Source of the DNA: a virus
Taxonomy: Duplodnaviria; Caudoviricetes
DNA: 48,586 bases
Reading direction: 5' to 3' (one strand)
IMG/VR virus record: IMGVR_UViG_3300032280_000663
Location: 1-48,586 of that record
Part shown: piece after piece, positions 10,101 to 22,500 of the stretch
Position numbering within the stretch: the stretch's first letter is position 1
How the letters are laid out: every line of letters begins with the position of its first letter
Notes under the pieces: model-generated
What the model saw: only the letters and a program-made list of their open reading frames with translations
The model's database searches: none
Told to the model about the DNA's origin: nothing
Program-made: the position numbers and the translations under genes

Positions 10101-10548
10101 TGCAGGATTGCAAGACTACAAGATGATCTCTGACAATATGATTATTAATTCAGTGACATTTAAACCATTGTTTGGTGCCAAGGCCGCGGCAGAATTACGT
10201 GCAACTATCAAAGTTATTCGTTCTAGTGGATCTACTGCATCTGTTAGTGAAATAAAAAGTTTGGTAGTGGCCTACATCAACAGTTATTTTGAAATTGAAA
10301 ATTGGAATTTTGGAGATACATTTTATTTCTCAGAACTGTCAGGATACCTGCATCAAAACATTGGTGACGTGGTAAGTTCTGTGGTATTAGTTCCGATAAG
10401 TCCGCAAAAGAGTTTTGGTGACCTATACGAAATACGCTCTGCACCAAATGAAATTTTTGTCAATGCTGCCACTGTGACAGACATTCAGGTGATTGAAGCA
10501 TTGACCAGTACCAATCTTAGAACTGCCCCAGGCAGCGGAGTAATTTAA
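7114..10548 (+). CDS. Baseplate wedge subunit, T4 gp6-like (jumbo-phage long form)
   Basis: 1144 aa with DFQSYDFETLR, ENYLDTAERRDSVVKLANLVGY.PKR, LNFGDGVF, ETIDEIKQRAPARYYTQNRMVNGEDY and FGDTFYFSEL, the gp6/baseplate-J-type motifs. Confidence 0.88.
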   Translation: MAKTTRQTTVFGVEDWKRIYQTYREADFQSYDFETLRKSFVDYIRLYYPETFNDYIESSEFIALLDVMAFMGQSLAFRTDLNTRENYLDTAERRDSVVKLANLVGYTPKRNTESSGYLKVFSIQTTENIVDYNGINLANITVNWADPTNFDWQEQFAAILNATLVDTQRYGRPGNRTTINGIRTDEYTINLLPGFLPVVPYSAVIDGVNMPFEAVSSTATGRGYVYEPSPRPNGQFNVLFRNDQLGFASANTGFFFLFKQGVLQNQDFNLPERIANRAVNINIEGINNTDRWLYQLTTVGSIAREWEFVESVYTAAAEQLTTLRPIYSVSSRANDQITLNFGDGVFSEIPVGLFRAYVRASNGLQYIINPEEMQNVLLSISYVSRSGQLETLTMTCGITEPVSNALARETIDEIKQRAPARYYTQNRMVNGEDYNNFPFTAYNSIIKSKALNRASIGTSRYLDLVDNTGKYSSTNTFASDGALYEYNVLPTFLFTWLTTNEISDVITNQVETRLTGDAAKQFYYANYPRPSLSALAVSWNQSTTLANETTGYFKNSAGTPVSLGIYASNNMKYVQTGSLIKFVPPAGYYFDSNNKLASGVPTGPDEKLIIWAAATAIYVDGTNQGAGNFSNGLGPVVLNNYVPTGAVCSQVIPLFITDLGTDVRNSATAQIELFRNFGLGYDNLTSTWYLITSNNLAVDAPWSQTYAEDTSGTNLDASWFVQFVTDGESYTVTTRALNYYFGSVLQTRFFFYGDEQIYDSRTGTTIRDFVKVLKTNSRPDSNLPLETDVTMRIVDQPIQPDGYVDDYQVLVSWQDSDADGVPDDPDFFDTIVAPTVNSTTKRVFFQQVVDFDNLERYLLVEPGVVNDQYSTLEDIEVEKAQYVVGQVFYAYGVFNSTTNTYTIDPVFYVLALTTTGTTELVSTTEYITRVGRQGLYFQYRHNSPLTNRIDPGTANIIDVYVVTQAYYTAYRNYIVDSTGTIPKPDTPSIDTLSAEYAGLQDYKMISDNMIINSVTFKPLFGAKAAAELRATIKVIRSSGSTASVSEIKSLVVAYINSYFEIENWNFGDTFYFSELSGYLHQNIGDVVSSVVLVPISPQKSFGDLYEIRSAPNEIFVNAATVTDIQVIEALTSTNLRTAPGSGVI

Positions 10549-13500
10549 TGGCCACAGTGAGAACGGTAGATTTTTTACCAGAAATATTTCAGACCTCCAC
10601 TAACAAGCAATTTTTATCTGCCACACTGGATCAGCTGGTCCAGGAACCGCAATTTAAAAAGACACAAGGATATGTTGGTCGCCGAGTAGGTCCAGGTGTC
10701 AATGCCGACGACAAATATGTTGTAGAGCCTACCAGAACTCGAACTGATTACCAGTTAGAGCCAGGCGTTATTATTAGAAAAACTGATTCAGACACAGTCA
10801 AAGATGCCATTACATATCCAGGCATCACTGATGCACTATCCACGCAAGGCGCATTTGTTGATCAAAGTGATAGACTTTACACCAGCGAATACTACACCTG
10901 GGATCCGCAAATTGACTTTGATAAGTTTGTAAATTACAGTCAATATTATTGGCTGGCCGCAGGACCGCTGGCTGTCAATGTGGGTGGCACAGCAGTTCCG
11001 CTAACAGCAGAATACACAGTTACTAGAGAAAACGGAGTATACACTTTCTCTGGATATACCGGTAACAACCCCACACTGACATTGTTACGCAATGGCAATT
11101 ACACATTTAATGTAGCTCAGAATTCTAAAGAAACAGTGAATTATCGTGTCACTGCCAGCAGTACCTCTGCATACATCATTGATTATGTGCCAAACCCAGC
11201 CTTGACTTTAGTACGCGGCAATACCTATGTGTTCAACTTGAATCTCAATGTGGTGTCACCGTTCTGGATCAAAACAGCACCCACACAAGGACGCACAGAC
11301 ACATACAACAGCGGTGTAAGCCGCAACGGTGCCAACACTGGAAATATCACATTCACTGTGCCACAGGATGCACCAGACACCTTGTACTATGCAAGTGAAA
11401 CACAGTTCAATATGCAAGGACAGTTGACCATTATTGATGGAACCCCGGGAACCGGACCAGGATTTTGGATTCAAGCAGAGCCCGGAGTCGAAGGTGTGTT
11501 ACCTTGGTCGCCCAATATTTCCAGTAGAGATGTGCTGGGAGTAACCAACAATGGCGAAGATCTTGGCGCAGTAGAATTTGAAGTACCTTCGTCCACTGCA
11601 CAAAGTTTTTACTATGGTCTTACCAGCATAGGAACTGTTGACCTTGCCACTAATTTAACGTTTAGTCAGATCAACAACATTTTTCTTTCTGAATTTTTTG
11701 CTGCCAACCCGTCAGGCATTGATGGCATTACCAATCTAAATGGCCGTACTGTGGTGTTCCTTAACACAACCACAGACTCAGAAAGTTGGGAAAATATCAC
11801 TCAGTATGATCCACTGCTTCCGGGTCAATTGGGCACTGGTACTTTTGATACTACTTCTTTTGCGCAGGCCACACTGCTCACACAAGATCAACGCTACGGT
11901 GTATGGCAAATAAACTATGTAACATCATCTGGCGGCCAACAGTACATTCAATTGAATGAAATATTGCCAGTTGCCAATTTGGAAAAATTCACTATTGCAT
12001 TTGGAACTCAATACTCAAACACCGGCTGGTATAAAGATGCCAGTGGTTATTTTGAAGCGATTCCGTTGCTGACAGCAATTAAAGAAGTGCTATTCTATCA
12101 AGATGGCACAGATCCTGGAATTTTTGGGCAAATACGTCTGATTGATCAAGATAACGCAACCACAACCTACATCGATGACATAATCGGAAAACAAACCTAC
12201 ACAAGTTCAAATGGCGTGGTATTCTCCAATGGTCTTAAGGTGCAATTCCGCGGAACTACTGTGCCAGCCGAGTACGAAAATGAAGAATACTATGTTGAAG
12301 GTGTTGGCACAGCAATTAAGTTATTGCCAGTTAAAGATTTCGTTACACCCGAGCCCTACACTCAGAATTCTCCTATTCCTTTTGACAGTTTACCATTTGA
12401 CGTTGGCAACTTTGATTACACATTAAATGCACCATTGATTCCGGAATATCTTACAATTAATCGTGCCAGCCCAGACCTCAACGCTTGGTCACGCAGCAAT
12501 CGCTGGTTCCACATTGATGTGATCACAGCCGCTGCCTCTTATAATAATACCGTGCCGGTATTAAACAATTCGCAACGTGCCAAACGTCCTGTTATTGAAT
12601 TTTATGCTGGAACACGACTGTTTGAATTTGGCAGCCAAGGCAAGCAACCGGTCAACATTGTTGATTTCGATGAAACAGATGCAATGAGCAACATCAATGG
12701 ATCAATAGGCTATGGAGTCGACGGCTATGATTTTGTTCAAGGTACTCGTGTCATTTTTGCAGCCGATACGGATCCGCAAGTTAGAAATAAAATTTATGTT
12801 GTGAATTTTATTGTACCGGACACTCAGCCACCATTGATTGCACAACCTATTATTAATCTAGTACCTGCGTATGATTCTGAAGTGCTGATCAATCAGACAG
12901 TTGTTAATCTTAATGGACTAACGCAACAGGGCATAAGTTACTATTTTGATGGTGTTGAATGGCTGCAAGCACAACAAAAAATAAAAGCAAATCAAGCACC
13001 GTTGTTTGACATCTACGACATAGATGGAGTCAGTTTTAGCAATCTGGCCAAATATCCAAGTACTACATTTGCCGGCAGTAAATTATTCAGCTATGCGGTA
13101 GGGTCCGGCGCTGCCGATCCTGTACTGGGCGTGCCATTGCGTTATTTGAGTTTAAATAACATTGGCGATATTGTATTTGATAACAATTTCTACACAGATA
13201 CTTTTATATATGTTGTTGGTAATTCTGCTATCAATACTGATGTCAGCGCGGGATTTGCATATCAATATTTTGATCGTGTGTTGTACAAGCGACAACTGGG
13301 CTGGCAAGTGGCAGCAACACCAAGTCTAATTCGACAACAGTTTCAATTTACCTATGATGGATCGCCTTTGCGATTCAATATTAGCATACCCAACAACACT
13401 GTGGTTCCTGCAATTCAACTGTTTGTAGGCAGTGAGTTTATATTGCCTGCAGACTACACAGTAACACGCACTTCTACCACCACTACAATTGTTTTAAGTA

Positions 13501-16500
13501 ACATTTATACTCCAGGATCTCAAATTGAAGTGCAGGTGTTAAGTGAACAGGACAGCAACAACGGGTATTATCAAGTACCAATTAACTTGTCCAACAACCC
13601 GTTTAATATCAACAGCCCTGATTTTACACTAGGTACTATACGAAAACATTACGAAAGTATTGCTGAAAACCTACTAGATTTCACTGGCAATATTAACGGT
13701 GCCAATAATACTCGCGACCTCGGCAACATCGGACGTTACGGCACAGTTATTCTGCAACAAAGTGCGCCATTGACTCTGGCTGGCTTCTTTATGCGAAGCA
13801 GTGAATACAATATTTTTAAGTCGCTGGAGTTTAACGACAGAGAATACAATAAATTCAAGAATAGATTACTGGAAAATTCTATTCGCAGTGAATGGAGCAA
13901 CCTGACAACTAGTGAAATTTTTGACAGCATTGTCACAGATCTCAACACAGGTAAAACTAACCTAAACAGTTTCTTCTACAGCGATATGTTGCCCAGTGGT
14001 AATGTGTACACCGATACTGTTTACACTGTGACACCAATTACCACTGGCACGTTTGACACCCTGCAAACTTATACATTTACTTCTGCCAACTTCTTGGGAC
14101 TGTTGGTCTATCTAAACGATACTTTGTTAACACTGAACTATGATTATACTGTGGCAACAGATGGTCCTAGAATCACAATTACAACAACACTGGCAGTAGG
14201 TGACACAATTACCATTCGTGAATATGCTGATACCACAGGTAACTATGTGCCTAATACACCTACCAAAATGGGCCTGTATCAGTCGTTCAAACCAGAAATT
14301 TTTCTAGATGAAAATTATGTAAACCCAACTGTGGTTATTCGTGGACACGACGGCAGTATCACTGCGGCATTTGGCGATATCCGTGATGACATCTTGTTAG
14401 AATTTGAACGTAGAATTTTTAACAACTTAAAGACTGAAGGCAATCCAGTTCCGATATCACCAGAAGAAGTGATTCCGGGCTACTTCCGCACAACTGATTA
14501 TACTCAGAGTGAAATTACAACCATACTTGGTGAGAGTTTCTTAACCTGGGTTGGCCAAAATAAAATTGATTACAAAACTCAGCAATACATTAGCAGTAAT
14601 CCGTTTACCTACAACTATAGTCAGGCTGGCGACCGAGAAAAAGATTTACCGTTGCTGGGTGCCTGGCGCGGGATCAGTAGATATTTCTATGATACTCAAA
14701 GTCCAAATTACACACCCTGGGAGATGTTGGGCTTCAGCCAAAAACCCGATTGGTGGGAAACACGCTACGGGCCTGCACCTTACACACAAGACAACTTGGT
14801 TTTATGGGACGACATACAAGCAGGTGTGGTTGCCGATCCCAACGGGTATTATGTACGACCAGAGTTTGTAAGACCAAACTTGTCAACATACTTTATACCC
14901 ACTGGTACAGAAGGTCAGTTGCTGGCACCACTGTACAGCGTGGTCGGACAGTACGACCCCAATGTCTGGCGCAAGAGCTGGGTAGTGGGCGACGGTGGCC
15001 CTGCAGAAGCTGCCTGGTGGTCCAGCAGTAGCTATCCGTTTGCAGTTATGCGATTACTGGCGCTGACACGTCCGGCAAAATTCTTTAGTCTGTTTGCAGA
15101 CCGAGACCTTTACAAGTACAGCACTGAATTTGAACAGTACCTATACAACACACGTTACCGACTAGACGCACAAGGCGTACAAGTGTATGGCGGCAATGTC
15201 AACACATCAACCGGTGTAGTTACTCCGGTCAGCAAGGCCAGCTACATCAACTGGATCGTTGACTACAATCAACAGCTGGGAATCAACTCAACACAGGCAC
15301 TGGAAGCGGCCTTGGCAAATCTTGACGTTCGCCTGTGCTGGAGAACCGGCAGTTTTACCGATAAACAATATCTCAAGATATACACCGAGCGTTCAAGTCC
15401 CAATAGTTTGAACTCAAGTTTACTGTTGCCCGACGAAAGTTATGATTTATTGCTGTACAAAAACTCACCGTTCAGCTCAGTTGCATACAGTGCAGTAATT
15501 ATTCAACTCACTGATGCAGGGTATGCAGTGTTTGGGTACAGTACTACAGACCCATACTTTAATATTTTTGCAAGTCGTACCAGTGGAGAGTTACAAACAA
15601 TCAGTGCCGGTGGCAGCACGGTGCGTGTGCCAAAGCAGTACACCAATGACATTGTGCAAGTTCCTTATGGATTTGTATTTGCAAATCAATCGTCAGTAGT
15701 TGATTTCTTACTGAGTTATGGTGAATATCTAAGGTACCAGGGTATGGTATTTGACACTCGTGAAAATGGCTACACACTGGACTGGAAACAGATGGCCAAC
15801 GAGTTTCTTTACTGGGCCAACCAGGGCTGGACTATAGACAGTTTGATCAATCTAAATCCTGCTGCCTTGCAATTGATTGCAGAAAAGCCTGGCGCTGTGG
15901 TTGATAACATCACTGTGCAGAATCCAGAAAACATGTTGCTGGATCAAAATCGCACACCGTTTGATGCTAGAAATTTGATAATTGAACGATTAGAAAATAG
16001 ATTCACTGTGACCAGTGCAAACAATCAATCAATTGCCTATGCAAAAATACAGTTCGTTAACTACGAAAACATTGTAATACTGAACAATGTCAGCATTTTT
16101 GCTGACTTGATTTACAATTCGGCCACAGGTGCACGCCAGAACCGAATTTACATTACAGCATTCACCACAACAGAATGGAACGGAACATTAAACGCCCAGG
16201 GATTTGTACTCAATCAAGACAATGTACAATTGTGGATTCCGAATCGCAAGTATGCCAAGGGCGAAATTGTCAGTTACAAAAACAATTACTGGTCTGCACA
16301 AGACATTATCCAGCCAAAAATAGAATTTGCCTATTCTGACTGGGTCAAGAGTGACTATAGTAAAATACAAAAAGGACTGTTGCCTAACATTGCCAACAAG
16401 GCAGATCAATTGGCCAACAGCTATGACACACAGACTGCAAATCTTGAAAGCGATAATGATTTATTAAGTTACGGACTGATTGGTTTCCAACCGAGAGAGT

Positions 16501-19500
16501 ACATGGTAGCATTGAATCTTGACGATACAAGTCAGGTCAACTTATACAAACAGTTTATTGGCAGCAAAGGCACAATATTGAGTGCAGAAATATTCACTGG
16601 TGCAAATCTTGGAAAAGAAGCCGCTGACTACCAAATTTACGAAAACTGGGCGGTCCGCCGCGGAACATACGGTGCCAATGCAAATCGAAGTTTTATTGAA
16701 TTAAGATTAAACGAAGCATTGTTACAAAGCAATCCTTCTACCGTGCAAGTTATTGCGCCAGGCGAAACCAGTTTAGCAAATCAAACTATACTGTTGAATG
16801 ACTTATGGCGCGAAAGTTACAAAATACCTACGCCTAACTTTTTAACAACTACCACAACTTCAGTCACTGACACTGCATTGCCAAGTGCAGGATATGTTAA
16901 CATTAATGATGTTGACATAACAGTATTTTCTTTAGACGATCCAAGTAACATTTCTGCAAGTCTTGACACAGTAGGAAATGGAACACGAATCTGGGTTGCT
17001 AAAACTAACAGTTACGACTGGGATATATACCGTGCCACACAAACTCCGGGTAGAATTTCTCGGGTCAATGACAATCTTGACGGAACAAGTTTAGTAACAT
17101 TTACACAGATACACAATTTAAATGTTGGCGACCTGTTGATTGTACGATTCTTCAATGACTCGTTCAATGGTGTATATCGCGTATTAACAACACCTAAACC
17201 CACCACAATAACTGTTGCTTATACATTCCCAAACAGTAATCAAACTGCCATAGCCGGGTCTGGACTGGGATTCTATCTGGACACAATGCGTGTTGCTCAG
17301 GCTAGCGATGTTGGTCAATTGTCTTACGCCAATGACTTGGTGCCAGGTGCACTGGCCTGGGTAGACAACAATGGTGCTGGCCTATGGGAAGTACTTGAAA
17401 AGCAAAATGTTTTTTCACCCAGTTACTCTCTTGATGCAACTATTCCTCAAGGTAACACTGGATATGGTTCAAGCATTGCTCAAGCATATGAAAATATTGC
17501 AGCACTGGTTGGTGCACCAGCATATGGCAGCAGTGGCGCAATATACACGTACCTGCGTGGTCAGAATAGCATATACGAAGAAAATTTATTATTGCAATTG
17601 TACACCACTGGCACAGCAGGATACGGTAGTGCATTGGACATAGGATATCAGTCCTGGGCCATTGCCGGCGCCCCTCAAAGCAACAGTGGCGCCGGATACA
17701 CAGTTATAATCTACCGTTCGCCTGCCAGTAATAAATTTCTACAAACGCAACTGTTGATTGCACCGGATTATCTTTCAAGCGCAGGTAGTTTTGGATCGTC
17801 GGTTGTAATCAGCAGAGACGAACGTTGGGCATATATTGGAGCACCAGATCAAGATTCGGTGTATGCATACGGCCGTGTAGATGAACAAATTCAGCATGTT
17901 GAGTATGTTGGCGATGGCATCACTGCTTCGTTTAATTATGATAACAACTTGGTATTTGATCTGGCACAACCCGGACAGATCACCGTGCTGCTCAACAACG
18001 TTGTACAACGTTACAGTATTGACTATGATCTAAGTTCAACTGCTGTGATATTTAATACACCACCGTTGACAGATTTGCCAATTGTGATAGCACGAAACAT
18101 GCTGGTACATCTGGACACTGAATCGTATTACAATGTTGAGCAAGATTCAACAACTGGAATAGGATCTGATGCAAAATTTACCATCGATCGTGTTCGCGGA
18201 ACATACAACGTTTCATTGACCACATCAGGCATTGGTTACGTCAACGGTGACGTTCTTACAATAGATGCAGCCACCATTGGCGGCGGCTCGTCACCTGCTA
18301 ACGACTTGACTATCACTGTGACTGCAATTACTTCTGGAGGAATAACTGCATTTACATCCACAGGTTCAGGGGTAAGCAACACATCTGTATTTGATCTGCA
18401 ACCATTGTTGTACACTGCAACAAACATTAATTCTTTCAGTGTCAGTGTTGATAGTATTTTACAACGCCCGTACATTGATTATACATTTGCAGGTACCACT
18501 GTGACTTTTGACGCAGGATCTAATCCACCTGCTGGCAGTGACATTGTGGTTGAATCTAGCACTTATTTTAAGTATGTTGATACTTTCAGTGGTCCTGTTG
18601 GATCTGGATTTGGAACAAGTTTATCTCCAGGAACAGATGGAAGACAGGTAGTAATTGGTGCACCAACTGACACCATTGATGCACTGGCCGCAGGCAGCAC
18701 CTATGTGTACGATCGCAGTGTGGCCAGATATCAAGTGGGCATTGGTGAAACAACCACAACAACATTTGCATTGCCAACAGGATATGCAGAACCTGTTTCG
18801 GTGTTGATTAACAATACCTTCTTGCAGAATAGCAATCAGTTCATTGGCGGCGAATTCACTGTGACCGGCGGCAATGTGGTATTGTCCAGTAGTGTGACGT
18901 TGGCAGTTGGCGACATAATTGAAATTGAAAGTAACATATTCCAGCCAGTCCAGCAAATCACAGTCAAAACACCATTTGACGAAGCACAGTTTGGTACAGA
19001 TGTTGATATGTGTCCAAATAACTGTAGCGTTTACATCGGTGCGCCAGCAGATGGCACTGTTTATGTTGCTGCCGGCAGTGTGCAACGTAATGTAAACCAA
19101 GCCCGTGTGTACGGCGTAATAACATCCACAATTGCCAATCCAGCATTGACCGCTGGCGACACTATACGTGTCAACAATTATGAAGTAGCAGTTCCGGCCA
19201 GCCCTAACAACACAATTGCTGGATTAGTCAACGCAATCAACAACACCAATGGCGGAGTTGGCATTCCTAATGCAGTGGCCACACTGGCACCTGATTTGCG
19301 GTTTGTTGGCACCAACACTACAAAAACATTTGATATTGGTGTAACTTATTCGCAATGCTCTAGTTATACCACTGTGGTCTATGTTAATGATACATTACAA
19401 ACAGTTAATTTTGACTACACTTATAACAACACCACAGGCATTATTACTTTTGCTATTGCTCCAGAAGGTGGTGCAATTGTACGTGTAGTCCCAGGTATAG

Positions 19501-22500
19501 TGACGTTGAGCGTTATAAATGCCGCGGCTACACTGCCCTATACACGACTTGAAGTCTTGCCCGGAGTTGTTGGCACAGCATTTACTGACATTGGATTTGT
19601 AAATTACGCATACACGCAAACTATAACAAGTCCTAACCCAACACTGGGTGCAAATTTTGGCTCCGCAGTGTTTATCAACACAGACGCAACCACTGTGGTG
19701 GTTGGAGCTCCAACTGGCGACCTATATCAACCAGTTACATTTGATGCTGGACAAACATATTTTGATGATCGTAGTACAATCTTTTCAACTGTGATTATTC
19801 AGAGCGGTGTAACATATACGTTTGATTATTTGCCAAGCGCAACAGACTCGGTAATTGACCCCGGGCAGTTTGTGTTTGGACAACAAATGTACGACAGTAA
19901 CATTGTTGCGCTTGACCGTTATGGGTCGGCCATCAGCTACGTGACAGGAAGATTGTTAATTGGATCTCCTGGCAGCGATCTTGGCGATAGCAGTAATTCT
20001 GACGTGGGTCGTATCAGCGTGTTTGAAAATGCTGACAGAACCCCGGCCTGGACCGTCAAACACCTACAACAACCTGTAGTTGATGTTGCTTTGTTAAATT
20101 CTGTGTACATGTACGATAAATTGGAATCTACAATTACATCATATTTGGATTTTATTGATCCGTTGCAAGGCAAAATTCTTGGAGTCGCCAGAGAAAATAT
20201 TGATTACATTGGTGCAGTAGATCCTGCAAACTACAACAATGGACCTATACGCAACATTGGTAATCCCTGGGGAGCAGGAAGAGTAGGAGAAATTTGGTGG
20301 GACACAAATTCAGTGCGCTTTATTGATCCCAACCAGGATGATATTGTGTATGCAAGTCGTCGTTGGAGTCAAGTTTTCCCGGGCAGCAGTGTAGACATCT
20401 ATCAATGGATTGAAAGCGATGTGACTCCGGCCGGGTATCCTGGTCCAGGAACTCCGCTGAGTATTTTAAGTTATACTATACGCACAGAACTCAATACCGA
20501 TAATATTTTTGCAACTCGTTATTACTACTGGGTGCGTGATATTGCCACAGTAAACACCACTGCTGGTAAAAAACTAAGCACCACTGCCATTGCCAATTAT
20601 ATTGCTGACCCGCGATCCAGTGGTATTTCTTACCTGGCAGCACTGAACGCAAGCACTGTTGCAATCTACAATGTAAATGAGTTGATCAGCGCACAAGACA
20701 CAATCTTGCACGTTGAATACGATCGCATTAAAAACGATGACAACGTTCACCAAGAATACGAACTGATTGCCGACGGTGTAGCCGATAGTTTCTTAAGTGC
20801 TAACTTGTATCTTAAACTGCAAGACAGTTTGAGTGGAGTTAACGTAACTGGTGCCGCTGTGCCAGATCCAACGCTGAGCCCAGCTGAACGCTATGGCGTT
20901 GAATTCAGACCTCGTCAAAGCATGTTTGTTGATCGCTTTGCCGCGTTGAAAAATTATCTTGGCTATGCTAATCGAGTGCTGGCAAATTATCCTGTGTCTG
21001 AAACAAAGAGTTTTACTCTGCTTGACAGCAGAGAACCAGAGCCGGCTGCAGGCAGCGGTGCATGGAATCTTCGTGTTGCAGATCTGACAGAACTGGGTTA
21101 TCAAAATCTAGTCTTGGTGCCGCTTGGTTATCGTTATCTGGTTGTGACAGATTCAAGCAATTCTGGATTCTGGACCATATATGAAGTTGTGTCTAGTACG
21201 TTAACTGGATCTAAAGAACTAACGCTGATACGAGTGCAGAATTACGACACACGCCGATATTGGTCTTATATCAATTGGTACTCTCCGGGCTATGATAACA
21301 CATTAAATCCGGTTGCAACAGTGGTAAATTATACTCAGTTATCTGGATTAACATTTAACGTTGCACCAGTTGGATCAAGTGTCAAAGTAACCAATGCACC
21401 TGCCGGCAAATATGAGATTTTTCAACGCACGCCTACAAGTTGGGATCGTGTTGGCCTCGAAGACGGCACCATTGAATTCAGTGCAGAATTGTGGAATTAC
21501 TCGCTTGGTAATTTTGGATTTGACGCTGAAGTATTTGATGCACAGTATTTTGATCAAGAACCAGTGATCGAAACACGTAAAATTATTCAGGCAGTGAATC
21601 AACAGTTGTTCATTGATGAGCTGGCAATCAATCGAAATCGTTCGTTGATCCTGATGTTTGAATTTATCATGAGTGAGTTTTCTAATCCAGACTGGTTGAT
21701 GAAAACCAGTTTGATTGATGTCGCACACAAAATTCGTAATCTGATTCCGTACCAATCGTATCGTCAAGACAATCAGGATTTTGTACTAAACTACATTCAA
21801 GAAGTCAAGCCATACCATACGCAAATTCGCGAGTTCAACTTGTCATACGACGGTAATGATGAATACATGGGCATGTTGACTGATTTTGATAATCCAGCAT
21901 ACTGGGATCCCACATTGACGGTGCCGCAATTTATTGGTCCTGTGCTGTTGCCCTACACTGAATCAACCGCCAATAGCAACACCAATGACAATGCTGACAT
22001 AGAGTCTAGTGCCATAATATGGACAGAAAATCCCTGGTCAGAATGGTTTAATAATTATACACTGAGTGCTGAATCTGTGGTCATAACCAGCCCGGGCACA
22101 GGATACAGTTATACAACAACAGTTGTGGTCACTGGTGATTGTGTCACTCCGGCAGAAATGACCGCGGTAGTCAACAGTGCTGGCCAAATAGTTGAGGTTA
22201 ATGTTATAGAATCTGGCAGTGGATATGTGACCACTCCGGCAATAACTTTTGTGGGCGGTGGCACAGGCGCTGTTGCGGCAGTAGTCATGGGCAATGGTCT
22301 AGTTCGTCAGATCAAGACTACTATAAAATATGACAGATATCAATATTCAACCACCATTGTCGAATGGCAAGCAAACGTTTTATATGACGACGGAACACAA
22401 GTTAGATATGTAGACCGTGTCTGGCAAGCAAACAGTGGTGATAGTTTTGGAGTCCAAAGTGCTACATTTGATCCACAAGAATGGATAGAAATAAATGCCG

